Source: a virus (Duplodnaviria > Caudoviricetes). Taken from it: a stretch of 54,236 nt of DNA. The DNA lies in IMG/VR virus record IMGVR_UViG_3300021962_000138, positions 1 through 54,236 of that record, one strand, 5' to 3'. A model generated the notes under the pieces. It had not been told where the DNA came from. It ran no database searches and saw nothing but the letters and a program-made list of their open reading frames with translations. Each line of letters opens with the position of its first letter. Positions within the stretch are counted from its first letter, which is position 1. The position numbers were made by a program, and so were the translations under genes. Positions 28,101-38,042 of this stretch are shown piece by piece.

Positions 28101-31100
28101 TAATCTTTCGGCTTTAGGGTCATAATGTTGCATCATGTCTTTTGCTAAATATCGAGAAGTCGAACTTGTAGGGTCGCTATCTACATAAATAGTATCTTTA
28201 GTGTGGCCACTTTCATAAATATTATAATCAAAATAAAGAGAACCTAATGGAGTTTCTCTTCCTCTAGCCTCTATTGGTAAATGCAAATGTGATAATTCTT
28301 CATATCTATCATGGACTATACCACTATTTGTAGAAATGTTACCTCCTATTTTGTATGCAGAAGCATAATATTTTAATTTATTAGGCAATTTATTGTAATA
28401 ATTTACTCCTAATTTGCTTGAAAAAGTTGTGATAGAAGAAGTAGAAATATTAAAATTGCCTTGTTCAATGTGATTTAATTTATATAATGGGTTGCCGAAT
28501 TTTTCAATTGAACTTGTATAATTTTGAAATGAAGGAGCAGTATAAAGTGTAGGCCTACCATCTATGGAACTACCGTAACCATCGTTTGCGTAGAATAAAG
28601 AATTAACTAAAGCCACAAATTTACCACCATGTAAATGTTCCCCATTTACAAAATATAAGTTGCTAGTCTTTTTAGGAGAATATAAACTAAAATAAGAAGG
28701 ATTAACAGAATCAGTAACAAGATAACTTACTTGTTTAAAAGTTTCATAAACAACTGCTCTATCAAGATAAACTCTCCAATTTGTAGAAAGGCTAGGTTTT
28801 ACCATTTGTGTGCAATAACCAACAAATAAATTATCTACATAGACGGCTCTCCCTTCGGGAATATTCGCTGTTTTACTGCTTAATTCTATGTATCTTCTAT
28901 TATCGGATAAAAAACTAGGAGGATTAGTAGAAGTTCCTATTAAATCATAATTAGCAATATCATATTGGTCGGCATCATTATAATCTAATCTCCCTAAAGT
29001 TATTGGAACATAAGGGGCTAACTCAATCGTAGTTTTTCCATCTGTTTTCGATACATTCAAAACTGTAAAATCTATAAGAGTATTTACTGTTTCAAAATTT
29101 TGTCTTGTTGTTTTTCCTAAATATGATTGAAACGATTCGCTTTTTCCTATTTTTTGAGGACTATAAATATGATAACCTAAAGCCCTAAAATCTGCACTTT
29201 CCGAAGTGCCAACCAAAGAACTACCATCGGAAACCTTTATTCCGCTTTCAAAAACTAACCCTTTGTCTGCCGAAGAACTCAAAGAAGTAGGAAAAACATC
29301 TAATTTATTATTCGATGATAGGGCTTTATTTAGCATATAGGCTCTTTGATTAGAAAGTCCATCTTTGTAGATTTGAAGTCCTGTGCTTATTGATAATGGA
29401 TATTTTTCTTCTAATGTTATTGCTTTGAGGCCACTATCATAAGTTCTAACAGTTCCAATCAATGAAAAATTATTACCATTGGTATTGTGTCTTACATACA
29501 ATTTATCGCCAACGCTCGGAGCAGAAGAAACAGTATTGAGAGTTAGTCCTATACTTGAATGGGTTAATGCACTTGATATTGTTCCTGTTAAAATTAATTT
29601 ATTTAATGGACTATCACTAGAATAAATAATATCTTGGGATTCTAATGTGTTCTCATTTATGATTGGAGAAATCATTTTAGAAAAAGTATTTCTTCCATAT
29701 ATTTTAAATAAATTTTGCCCCCTTTCTTTAACAATATCTAATTGTTCTATTTCTCCTTCAAATCTTTCTATTTCTATTGCATATTGTCCTTCATAATAAT
29801 CTAAATTAGATAATGTAGAATCATGAATATCTGTATTAAATGATAAAGATAATGTTTTTTGGGTGCTATTTATAGAAGTTATGTTTGCTTCCAATTGATT
29901 AAAAGGAGGACTATTGAAAATAACTTTTAAGTTATATTGTCTATCTTCTAATAATGGATAAGCAGTTATTAAATTATTTTTAGAAGGACTCCATGCTCTT
30001 CTTTTTAGTCTGTCATTTGCTGATAAAGTGTAAGAATTTGTTGTAAAAGAAGATTCTGTTTCTAATCTATTTTCACTTTCAAAAGTAATAGTTTGTTGAT
30101 TAGAACTAAATACACCTATTGCATTTACAATCAATATTCTTTCTCCGACCATAACTTCATCGTATTGAGAAATAAGGTCTGTCAAGTCATAATCAGTATC
30201 AAAAAGATATTGATTTCCACTAACATTTGAATTTACTAATGCCTTTAATGGTAAAAATTCATTAAAATTTCCAATATAAACTAAATGTCTTGCTCTTAAT
30301 ATATCAAATTCTTTTATTTTAGAACCCATTATTCTTGCAGTATCAACTATTTTTGTTTCGCAATAGCCTCCTCTTTGACCATGCGATTCAAATATTTTTA
30401 AATCTAAAACTAAATTATTACTATTATTTTTTTCGGGAGAATAGTCATAATGAATATATCTTTTATGTCCTAAAGCAACATAATTAACGCCCATAGTTGT
30501 TCCTATATAGTCGGAAACCCCCGAATTTGAACTTCTACAATTTATAAAACAAGTGCTATAATCAGTATAATTATTTGTCAAAACTGCAAAATCTTCATTA
30601 GAAGATGGTGAGTTTCTTGGGTCGTCTAATTCTCTAAGTTTATCTACTAAATTTGCTTTCATTGTGTATTTAGAATAATCAGTAATCCTTAAATTAAAAT
30701 CTTGCATTGTAATAAATGTAGTATTTTGGCCCAAAGAAATAGTTGCGGAAGAAAGATTATCAACTTCATAGGATAAATAATATTTAGTATTGTGGTCTAA
30801 TTCGTTCTTTTTATCAAGTCTATCATTATAAAAATAAAAAGAAGGTTTAGCAATATTAAATCCTTTATTTATTGCGTAGGAACTATTAGCAACTGAACCT
30901 GCCCGAACTCCAATAGTTACTGCAACTATTGTATTTTCTGTTTTAAGAGGCCCTTTAAAAACCATAAATTTAGTATCTTTAGGTATTTGGTTTCCTAATC
31001 TAGATTCAAATTCAAAAGAATCCCCCTCTACATCGTCTTGTGTGAATTGAGTAATTTTAGCAACATGGTGTTCTAAAGTAGAATCGGAATAAATTAAAAC

Positions 31101-31457
31101 GAAGTAATCATAAGTAGAATCAATAGTAACAAATGAACCCGAACCACTTGATTTAAACCGAATACCTGTTTGATATTCTTCATCCCAACATTTAATTTTA
31201 TATCCTTCTGTTGTTATTAAATTAGAATATTCTGTTCCCGCAGTATCGCTTCCTTGTAATTGTTGAACGAAATTTTCAGTATGTGTATCATCAATAGAAA
31301 CATATGCAAAAGTGCGATAATCAGTAGTGTAAGAAACAGTATCGTAAATAATTGGGTTTGTAGGACAATCAAAATTAATATTATTTAAGGAATTTCCATG
31401 ACCAATAATAGGTGTAGTATTTGGTGCAACACCCCTACGCATAACATAAATAGCCAT
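25101..31457 (-). CDS. giant (2118 aa) tail-tip hub/central fibre protein
   Basis: RFEGEI...IYGR hub segment and C-terminal YNEVIVYG..DLNSIKKQG..A..KA..LL..AGDII..YLILQIEH hub motifs. Confidence 0.7.
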   Translation of the reverse strand: MAIYVMRRGVAPNTTPIIGHGNSLNNINFDCPTNPIIYDTVSYTTDYRTFAYVSIDDTHTENFVQQLQGSDTAGTEYSNLITTEGYKIKCWDEEYQTGIRFKSSGSGSFVTIDSTYDYFVLIYSDSTLEHHVAKITQFTQDDVEGDSFEFESRLGNQIPKDTKFMVFKGPLKTENTIVAVTIGVRAGSVANSSYAINKGFNIAKPSFYFYNDRLDKKNELDHNTKYYLSYEVDNLSSATISLGQNTTFITMQDFNLRITDYSKYTMKANLVDKLRELDDPRNSPSSNEDFAVLTNNYTDYSTCFINCRSSNSGVSDYIGTTMGVNYVALGHKRYIHYDYSPEKNNSNNLVLDLKIFESHGQRGGYCETKIVDTARIMGSKIKEFDILRARHLVYIGNFNEFLPLKALVNSNVSGNQYLFDTDYDLTDLISQYDEVMVGERILIVNAIGVFSSNQQTITFESENRLETESSFTTNSYTLSANDRLKRRAWSPSKNNLITAYPLLEDRQYNLKVIFNSPPFNQLEANITSINSTQKTLSLSFNTDIHDSTLSNLDYYEGQYAIEIERFEGEIEQLDIVKERGQNLFKIYGRNTFSKMISPIINENTLESQDIIYSSDSPLNKLILTGTISSALTHSSIGLTLNTVSSAPSVGDKLYVRHNTNGNNFSLIGTVRTYDSGLKAITLEEKYPLSISTGLQIYKDGLSNQRAYMLNKALSSNNKLDVFPTSLSSSADKGLVFESGIKVSDGSSLVGTSESADFRALGYHIYSPQKIGKSESFQSYLGKTTRQNFETVNTLIDFTVLNVSKTDGKTTIELAPYVPITLGRLDYNDADQYDIANYDLIGTSTNPPSFLSDNRRYIELSSKTANIPEGRAVYVDNLFVGYCTQMVKPSLSTNWRVYLDRAVVYETFKQVSYLVTDSVNPSYFSLYSPKKTSNLYFVNGEHLHGGKFVALVNSLFYANDGYGSSIDGRPTLYTAPSFQNYTSSIEKFGNPLYKLNHIEQGNFNISTSSITTFSSKLGVNYYNKLPNKLKYYASAYKIGGNISTNSGIVHDRYEELSHLHLPIEARGRETPLGSLYFDYNIYESGHTKDTIYVDSDPTSSTSRYLAKDMMQHYDPKAERLFLFANADRLPYSSRRSDSLMSLVSSTDDLKNYNLLLLNQPSLDDYSDIQSSHLGGGKAKKYLDSDYDSAPISEVDKDISQLVRTGIMRLTEVTFDCFMNQINPEKIPSKKETIQNFNYKYHNITSLIETVSSYGSSQITLSGNVTLSDGDLLVDSEGNLIGVVNGIHSLVSIISLTANPIPTNNGAEYTGVLYKAEEKQVGIRGHGETESFVTFDENIHPLKSAFFNNSFDSSEWTTYHGAALQPTGVALKGNLTLPFSIKHTGSVIAFFGSGSTLGSLVHHSSLLLKKFDTFDYSSSVYSSSFMDNVLHFTALDVFNIENSTSEISKGTNSSPMYNIALRKFVSSQTLLLFKSTETNFLQYASSLTATTTTGTDLASGILYVNKIRLRIDVGETGSNVIEDTITSINNTTIYKYSITDEYLDFISDLTGTYLVSESGREFETGIQIDNSSLVLSSSTHHSANGINNMVPDIISYVISHEIDTSNSTRTHIIVTDKQLTNQFYRIMQPNETAFYEFTPKNIKLNTLSSEYTKKVFEDETYDSINDYHQKGSGTRFYTGSTRSPATLPHEKNHGHNEAILSMYVLVDLDCQTLSGIGRAELVPRTHTAASYVLRDFTNAEWDKPFVVCLSDGNTSFKTSMQLNFIGNYAFNGKEGSVITFDEMKELHGVVSLSEPFTITTNKTIQGTPKRALIGSVVSIGKETDYLVNSLMEKNDLEFTQDAEEYPVFATPNFKSTDLFSAVNYLLERKDKALIYEDSKFKILDKDSDRLNPRIKISDMTNKYQIRDFEKSDVLFDYYNEVIVYGRTHISKKRDLNSIKKQGKKTLEIQNNNILTQNEADKKAIELLRLHSSLNQKIILEIGHRNLSQIQAGDIIYLELKRENVQMDKYLILQIEHSLDGFMRLELGRFSKGLEDRLAEILIDAKQTKAAIRPNNLENVEENTFLTKFNIRERKLLVKSRTTTGAGSFTIGFVGTIGFSIPMGFGTGGTTTETIQVEQEL

Positions 31458-32617
31458 TATTCATCAACCTCTTCAAATCGAAAATACAATAGGGTATTAT
31501 CAAAGATTGGAGTTAGGGTTTCTATATTGAATTGTTTTGTTTCATATCCTAAAAAAGCAAATTCATGGAATATCCCCATAAATTGTTCATTTGTTGTTGC
31601 TGAATACTTGCCTGTGGCATCTGTTCCATTTGCCCCCAAAAAGAAATCCTCTTTATCAAAAGAAAAATTTCCCGTTTGAGTATGATGAGTAAAAGTTATT
31701 TCTCTACCATTAAAATACAATGTCATTTTTTTAGACAAATTATTGTATGTAGCGGCAATATGAAATGAATCATAAACATAAATTGGGTTTCTTCTTGTAT
31801 ATGTCAAAAGTAAAGTTGAGGTCAAATCACCCGAATAAGAAGTATCTAAATTTACTGTATCATTTGTTGTTGAGGTTGTGGATAAAGAAACCACTTTCCC
31901 TATTTCTGTGTAAGTAAAACCATCTTGAATAAAAATAGATTGCCCTACAAAAAAATCCGAAGAAATATTTGAACCATATACAACTTGAGTTCCCGAATTA
32001 GAAGTAGGCGTATTATTATGGGCCGCTTCATAGAGAACCTTTCCTTTGGAATTAAAACCAAATAATTTAGAAGCCGTTTGGTCTGCATTTAAGGAAGACC
32101 AATTTATTGTTTTACCATATGAAGAAGAAATCAAAGTATCACTATTTAATGTTACATCAACACCATTTATATTTACTATAAATTGTATTTTATATTCAGC
32201 AGGTCTATTTACTAAGAGGGGAGCAGTATTTACCAAATATAATTTAACTTTACTACTATAAAAAAGACACATTTTATGTCCGTTCCGATTGTTAGGAGAA
32301 AGATACCTACCATTTTGATATGTTTCTATTGTTGTTGTATTAGAATAACTTATGCCTGTAAGCATTCTTTTATCGCCCTTTGTTATTCCAATATTACCAT
32401 CATATTCCACATATCCTTGTATATCATAAGGAGTAACTATTGTTTCTATGGTAAAAGAATCATCATGGTTCCAAATACCATAAATGGTATCATCACTAGA
32501 TTCTCTTAATCCATCAGCACCTACGGGTATATTATCCGAATAATCTATTTTAACATAGGCATTACATAAAACGGGAAAAACCAACCCTCTTTGTTTTCCC
32601 GTTAAAATTCTATACAA
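31457..32617 (-). CDS. LamG/concanavalin-like tail protein
   Basis: SFTIETIV, FHIAATY..MTLYFNG, FFLGA..FMGIFHE, LLYFRFEE. Confidence 0.75.
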   Translation of the reverse strand: MYRILTGKQRGLVFPVLCNAYVKIDYSDNIPVGADGLRESSDDTIYGIWNHDDSFTIETIVTPYDIQGYVEYDGNIGITKGDKRMLTGISYSNTTTIETYQNGRYLSPNNRNGHKMCLFYSSKVKLYLVNTAPLLVNRPAEYKIQFIVNINGVDVTLNSDTLISSSYGKTINWSSLNADQTASKLFGFNSKGKVLYEAAHNNTPTSNSGTQVVYGSNISSDFFVGQSIFIQDGFTYTEIGKVVSLSTTSTTNDTVNLDTSYSGDLTSTLLLTYTRRNPIYVYDSFHIAATYNNLSKKMTLYFNGREITFTHHTQTGNFSFDKEDFFLGANGTDATGKYSATTNEQFMGIFHEFAFLGYETKQFNIETLTPIFDNTLLYFRFEEVDE

Positions 32618-32619
32618 AA

Positions 32620-33300
32620 TTATCCCTCCAAACTTTCTATTAAATCGGTAATCTTACCTGCTCCCGAAGGGAAAACTTCAGCCACTTCAAATTGTAAATC
32701 AAAAGAAATATCTATGGTTGTCGAATCTATGGTTGTATTAAAACTTCTAATAAATCCGATAAGACCCTGTGAATATTGATTTTCGGGAAAGGTAGAGGGC
32801 TTATATACTCTAGTATTATCTAATTCGTTTGGCCCACCCCTTGCAGAATAAGTGAATGGTATAGTTGTAGCACTTCTTTGAATGTAATCATTACCTACTT
32901 TAGAATCATATAAAATTATCAATTCACTTATTGCTTGATGTTCAGCCCAACCTGTTGAATCTACTGCTGAATGAATAAGTTGTGCTATTTCTATCGCAGT
33001 AAATGTATTTGATTTTTGATTACTTACATCACTTGTAAAATTTTTAACAATTGTATCTTCTAAAATAAAACCATTTACAGTAATGTTTTTACTCGCCATA
33101 CCTAAATCTAAAGCGACAGTTAATGACTCTCCTCTAAAAAATCCTGATGCTGGAACATCAACAGAAGGTATTGTTTTAGAAGTAGCAATCGTAATGCTAG
33201 TTGCCTTTAAAGGAATAATGTTTTCTATAAGTTTATTATTTTCTGTGTTTCCTGCATTAAATTTCAAAAAAACTGCGTGTGTTCCATCTCCAAAAACCAT
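32620..33300 (-). CDS. distal tail (Dit-like) protein
   Basis: Position after the tape measure; LDLG..KNITVNG..., beta-rich. Confidence 0.5.
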   Translation of the reverse strand: MVFGDGTHAVFLKFNAGNTENNKLIENIIPLKATSITIATSKTIPSVDVPASGFFRGESLTVALDLGMASKNITVNGFILEDTIVKNFTSDVSNQKSNTFTAIEIAQLIHSAVDSTGWAEHQAISELIILYDSKVGNDYIQRSATTIPFTYSARGGPNELDNTRVYKPSTFPENQYSQGLIGFIRSFNTTIDSTTIDISFDLQFEVAEVFPSGAGKITDLIESLEG

Positions 33301-33302
33301 AC

Positions 33303-34832
33303 CTAAGCCCCCGTTCTAGAACTTGTAGTTCTATTTATTTCTCTATTTATCATTTGGCCAACCTTTTGTGCTATTTGTCTTAATTCGGAATCGGAAGCCC
33401 CTATTCTTCCTTGAACATTTACTGTAATGTTATTTGTTATTCCTCCCGAACTAATCGCCTTAGCATCTTTATTTGATATAACATTAGCACCTTGTTTTCC
33501 AACTAATATTTCGGGGCCTCTTTCACCAACAACAGTTAAAGGAGTATTTATTCTACCACCTTCGGCTTTAAATCCTAACAATTTCTTAAAACTAATAAAA
33601 ATTGCAATAAGTCCTAGTATTGTAAGCAATATTATTCCTAGTGTTAAAACAATAGAAAGAAGACTATTAGCCGTAATCATATTCCAAAAAGCATTTATTC
33701 CCGCAATAGCATTTGATACTTTTTGATAGCCAGCCATTAAGAAAGTGTATATTGCTATTGATTTTTGTATAACAAATACTGCGGCCATTGTTACTGAAAT
33801 TATAAGAATAACCGCTATAATGTTTTTTATATTGTCTTGAAGTAAAGTAATAAAAGGAGTTAAAGGAGCAAAAGTTAATTTTAAAAATGTAAGTGATGCT
33901 TCTAAAAGAACCCATAATAACCCAACACCGATTTCTAAAAGTCCTAAAAATAATGTTCCTAATCCTTCTAAAAAAGAACCCTTTGTAAAGGCATCTTTTA
34001 TTGTTGTAAAACCCTTCATTATTAACTCAACAGGGCCTTTTAGTTTTTCTTTTAAACTTTCAAATGCACTTTTTATTTTTTCTAAAGTATCTTTTTGAGC
34101 AAAAATAGTTCTTCCTATTCTAAACAACAAAAATGCACCCAAAACAAACAAAGAAAAAACCAACATTATTTTACCAATTGAAGTCAAAGTGAATCTAAGA
34201 ACTTTAGAGAAGGGTTTAAGAATTAATTTACCATAAGGAATCCCAACTGTTGTTGCTACCAAACTAAAAAGTTTAGTTGTTCTATCTCTAATTCCTGTTG
34301 CAGATTTTAATTGTCCAAATTTATCTCCTAAAATAGAACCGTATTGTTTAAGTTGGTCTTTTGCACTACCCTGCATCCCAAAACCAAATGTTTTTCCTAC
34401 TTTGGACTGTGCTAATTTAGTGGTTGCACCTTCTTTTAGTTGTTTTAACATTGGACTCATTTTTTGTATAAAACCAAAAGACATAACTAAATTTTTTACA
34501 TTATCAACGGTATCGTTTATACCATCACTAAATTTACCTATGGCTTTAGAAGACAATTCCATAGCATTTTTAATTTTAAAACCGAATGGAACAAAAAGAT
34601 AACCTAATTTAATAACTACTCCTAATTTACCTTTTGATTCTTCTAAGGCTTTACCAAATTTTGTAAATATACTTCTTGTTTTTTGTGTTGTATTTTGAAC
34701 ATTTTTTTGTGCAGTTTGGACTTGGTTTAAATTAGTAACCATATTTTGAATCGGGGAAATTGCATTATCTACTGCATCTCTTAATGTTTGAACTGCTCCT
34801 ATAAGATTGTCTATATCTTGAGCAGTAACCAT
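33303..34832 (-). CDS. tape measure protein
   Basis: Helical with TM segments; AEGG..VVGERGPE..NITVNV C-terminal motif; follows the chaperones. Confidence 0.85.
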   Translation of the reverse strand: MVTAQDIDNLIGAVQTLRDAVDNAISPIQNMVTNLNQVQTAQKNVQNTTQKTRSIFTKFGKALEESKGKLGVVIKLGYLFVPFGFKIKNAMELSSKAIGKFSDGINDTVDNVKNLVMSFGFIQKMSPMLKQLKEGATTKLAQSKVGKTFGFGMQGSAKDQLKQYGSILGDKFGQLKSATGIRDRTTKLFSLVATTVGIPYGKLILKPFSKVLRFTLTSIGKIMLVFSLFVLGAFLLFRIGRTIFAQKDTLEKIKSAFESLKEKLKGPVELIMKGFTTIKDAFTKGSFLEGLGTLFLGLLEIGVGLLWVLLEASLTFLKLTFAPLTPFITLLQDNIKNIIAVILIISVTMAAVFVIQKSIAIYTFLMAGYQKVSNAIAGINAFWNMITANSLLSIVLTLGIILLTILGLIAIFISFKKLLGFKAEGGRINTPLTVVGERGPEILVGKQGANVISNKDAKAISSGGITNNITVNVQGRIGASDSELRQIAQKVGQMINREINRTTSSRTGA

Positions 34833-35038
34833 TACTTCACCTTCTTCATCTCTTGTTCCATTGTATCTGCTTTAAATTCTTCAATGTTTCTATGTAAGTA
34901 TAGGAAATCCATTACCATTTTTGCGGGCATTTTCATTATTTCCAACGGGCTTATTTTCATGCCTGTTGCTAAAGTATATGTAATAATGAGAAAAGAAGTT
35001 TCTAAATCGGCTTCGCCTTGCCTAACTGCTTTTCTCAT
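34832..35038 (-). CDS. tail assembly chaperone, frameshift extension (T-like)
   Basis: LA..MKISPLEIMKMP pattern; lies in the -1 frame of the upstream chaperone. Confidence 0.7.
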   Translation of the reverse strand: MRKAVRQGEADLETSFLIITYTLATGMKISPLEIMKMPAKMVMDFLYLHRNIEEFKADTMEQEMKKVK

Positions 35039-35397
35039 TATTCGTTTTTTTCCTTGTCCTCCTCAATCATGTTAAGGGGATTAGGAAGAATTGCTTGTAG
35101 TTGATTTCCTACATATGCGTTGAGTCTAATGAGTTCAATTGTAGAAAGACTTGGTTCTGTTCTAACAACAAAGTTTTCTACAAGATAACGATACATAGCG
35201 TTCAAATCAATATCCATATCTTGACGCTTTGCATCTATCTTCATCAATGAAGTTAAGGCTTTTTGGACTTCTAACCATGTAGGTTCTCTTACCCATACCT
35301 TAAGGCATTCATTACTGTTCGGGGCTACCTTTAATTCGTAGCATTGTTCTTCTGTTTTCGCAAATAATATGCTTTTATCTTTTACTGTATTCATCAT
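35038..35397 (-). CDS. tail assembly chaperone (G-like)
   Basis: Between tail tube and tape measure; start MMNTVK after GGTGG. Confidence 0.7.
   Translation of the reverse strand: MMNTVKDKSILFAKTEEQCYELKVAPNSNECLKVWVREPTWLEVQKALTSLMKIDAKRQDMDIDLNAMYRYLVENFVVRTEPSLSTIELIRLNAYVGNQLQAILPNPLNMIEEDKEKNE
35044..35050 (-). promoter_or_regulatory. -1 programmed frameshift slippery site A AAA AAC
   Basis: GAA AAA AAC GAA TAA; the -1 frame reads AAA AAA CGA ATA ATG into the next ORF. Confidence 0.7.
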
Positions 35398-35446
35398 TTT
35401 TCCACCTTCATAAAACCAACAAACAAACAATGTTGGTGGAATCTAA

Positions 35447-35554
35447 TTATTGAGAAGATTTAGATTTTCTCCCCCTTTTTTTAGGTGCTTCATTCTTCTT
35501 TTGTTTCTCAACAAAAAGTTTTCTTTTATCACTAGGAGAAATACCTTCGGGCAT
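35447..35554 (-). CDS. 35-aa basic microprotein
   Basis: MPEGISPSDKRKLFVEKQKKNEAPKKRGRKSKSSQ; GGGGTGA RBS. Confidence 0.5.
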   Translation of the reverse strand: MPEGISPSDKRKLFVEKQKKNEAPKKRGRKSKSSQ

Positions 35555-35558
35555 ATTT

Positions 35559-37508
35559 TCACCCCTGCAAAATCCAATGGGTTGTAACTGTGCAACTGTT
35601 TAAACTTAAAGGAACAATTGTAGCCTCTACTGTAATTGCTCCCTTATCTTCGGGTATAGTCCATGTATTTGTAGTAACCATATAATCATCAAACTTTAAT
35701 CTAATTTGTTCTCCATTTGATTTATCAAATATTAAATCAATAAGAGTTCCCGAAGTTAGATTCTCATTTTTGAGTTCATTGAAAAGTCTATCATCAGTTA
35801 CCAAAGCAGTAAGTGAAATTTCATATTCTCTTTGAGAAGGAATTGCTTCTTGTATTCCTTTATTACCAATCCCAACAAATCTTTTTGGTTGTAAAGTATT
35901 ATTCATAGTCAAAGTCAAATTAGTAATTCTAAGAAATTGCTCTCCAAAAATACTAATTGAGCCACTTGAGAAAAAGAAAGGTTGTCTAAATTCATCAATA
36001 GAAGAATAATTTTTAAATGAAGTTTCGTCTGTTACTCCATTTCTAGCCTCATATAATTCAGTTTTTTCTAAGTTGTGTATTTTTTTAGGAATACACTCTA
36101 AGTTTATTTTTACTTCTTCGTTCTCATTTGCCGTCATAGTAAGAGTATTGACTCGATTACCCGTAGCAATCAAAACAAAATTAGTGTCTTCATTGTCATT
36201 AGCGTTATTTGTTCGGTATGTATTCGATGAAGGTAATTTTGACATGACTTGTTCTAAAGCAAAAGAAGGCATATCATCTCCATCTTGTTCTGTAAAAGTG
36301 TAAGTGATTGCATTGGAAATAGAAGAAGTTCCACTAGGTTCAGTTAGTTGGTCTAAATCTCCAAAAGCATCTTGCCCTCTAAGAACGGGAGGAGTCATAA
36401 CATTATCAATAGAACGATAAAAAAGTGGGCCTGTATCTGTAAAAGTAGTATTTTCTAAATAGTATTTATTTTCACTAGCAGTATTTCCTACAAAATCACT
36501 AGTAGGATTGGTTGAAGCACTTAAAGTTGCACTAATAGAACTACACTTTCCAAAGAAATAATAGAGCCATGCTCCATGATTCGCAACGAAATTCAAACTA
36601 CCATTTCCTGCCGTTTCTATTCCTTTGTATTGATAAGTCATATTCCTTGTTCCACCAACAAACAAGTTTTGCCTCTTTGTTTCTACTTCTAATTGAGGGA
36701 AGGTTAAAGACTCAACTATTCCTAACCAATTGTCTGCATTTAATCTTTTAACTTCTACATTAGCAGTAGTGCTACCTACGGTAGTTGTATTTATGGTAAT
36801 ATTTGTAGTATCATTTGTAGCAGGGGTTTGACCTACTGCTCCGCCATAAGTATTTGTTATTGTTAAAACATTTCCACTACCACTATAAGTAAAATGTATT
36901 GTTGATTGAGTATGAGAATCCAATGCGTTAATTATAGCATTAACAACATCTGCTCCACTATCTAAATCCGCATCGCTAATATCTACTTCAACCGTAGCAG
37001 TAGCCCCGCCATAAGTTGAAGTTTGATTCAACCCTATTACAAAAGAAGTTGATGGGGTTCCATCGGCAGTAGGAACTTGACCAAAAGAAAAATCATCATC
37101 ATCATAATCGGATAAAGTATTGCTTTCAAACTCAACAGTTATTACTTGAGCAACATAAGTATTACCCGAACCTGTTGTTTTTTCCGCAGGACATGGAGCC
37201 CCATATCCTTTAATTCTATAATAGTCATCAGTAACATTTAAAGAAATAGTTTGTGCAGGTTGAAATTTAATAGTTGTAGCAGTATTTTCTATAATTCTGT
37301 GTGTAGTTGTAAGACTACCATTATCATAAAATTCTAAAATACACCCTACATACAAATTATTAACAAGACTAAAATTGTTTGTGAAATCCGTATGAATTGT
37401 TAATGTATCTTTATTCCCATTTAATGAATTGGGTTTAATATACAAATCTATTTCGGGAACGAATGTTACTGATGCTCCACTTCCTAAAAATATACTACTT
37501 TCTGTCAT
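35559..37508 (-). CDS. major tail tube protein with additional domains
   Basis: PSFALE, G.RVNTLT, ITNLTLTMNN.L, REYEISLT tube-type motifs; position before the chaperones. Confidence 0.75.
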   Translation of the reverse strand: MTESSIFLGSGASVTFVPEIDLYIKPNSLNGNKDTLTIHTDFTNNFSLVNNLYVGCILEFYDNGSLTTTHRIIENTATTIKFQPAQTISLNVTDDYYRIKGYGAPCPAEKTTGSGNTYVAQVITVEFESNTLSDYDDDDFSFGQVPTADGTPSTSFVIGLNQTSTYGGATATVEVDISDADLDSGADVVNAIINALDSHTQSTIHFTYSGSGNVLTITNTYGGAVGQTPATNDTTNITINTTTVGSTTANVEVKRLNADNWLGIVESLTFPQLEVETKRQNLFVGGTRNMTYQYKGIETAGNGSLNFVANHGAWLYYFFGKCSSISATLSASTNPTSDFVGNTASENKYYLENTTFTDTGPLFYRSIDNVMTPPVLRGQDAFGDLDQLTEPSGTSSISNAITYTFTEQDGDDMPSFALEQVMSKLPSSNTYRTNNANDNEDTNFVLIATGNRVNTLTMTANENEEVKINLECIPKKIHNLEKTELYEARNGVTDETSFKNYSSIDEFRQPFFFSSGSISIFGEQFLRITNLTLTMNNTLQPKRFVGIGNKGIQEAIPSQREYEISLTALVTDDRLFNELKNENLTSGTLIDLIFDKSNGEQIRLKFDDYMVTTNTWTIPEDKGAITVEATIVPLSLNSCTVTTHWILQG

Positions 37509-37532
37509 AATTGCACTTCCTTACAAACAAAC

Positions 37533-38042
37533 TTACGGAACGGTTTGTGCAAATCTTTTCGCTTCTAAATTGATTTTATAGCCAAAAAGACGCTTTGCTC
37601 TATCATTACTTTCGCTCCGTGAACCTAAAAATAACTGATTAAAGCACGAACCGTCTGTGGCTTCATATCCCCTCCGTTTGCTCTCAATTGCATGACGCAC
37701 TATCAAGTATAAAGCCCTTAGCCTATCTTTGCCAAAATTTGCGTCTGTTCCTGCTCTCTCATCGTGAATAGTTCTAATATGAAGTGTAAAACCATACACT
37801 TCATCTCTAATATCATAAAATGGAGTAGGATAAGTGATACTATTTGAATCCTCAAAAACAATAATTACATCTTTAGAAGAAAGGTCATATCTAACTCCTT
37901 TATTCTTATCCATATTTCTTACATCTAATAAGTTTGGTTTTCCTATATGGTCTGCCGTAATTGTTCCTGCATTTTGTAAAGCAGTAGCAGAAGTCGTCCA
38001 TTGACTATCAAGTAAATCAATAACCATACTTACTTCATCCAT
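37533..38042 (-). CDS. putative tail terminator/completion protein
   Basis: Size and position upstream of the tube gene; start MDEVSM. Confidence 0.5.
   Translation of the reverse strand: MDEVSMVIDLLDSQWTTSATALQNAGTITADHIGKPNLLDVRNMDKNKGVRYDLSSKDVIIVFEDSNSITYPTPFYDIRDEVYGFTLHIRTIHDERAGTDANFGKDRLRALYLIVRHAIESKRRGYEATDGSCFNQLFLGSRSESNDRAKRLFGYKINLEAKRFAQTVP

Noticed and set aside
35559-37508. Contractile tail sheath
   Set aside because: The size is sheath-like, but the C-terminal motifs are tube-like, no separate tube gene or baseplate wedge genes follow, and chaperones come directly after.
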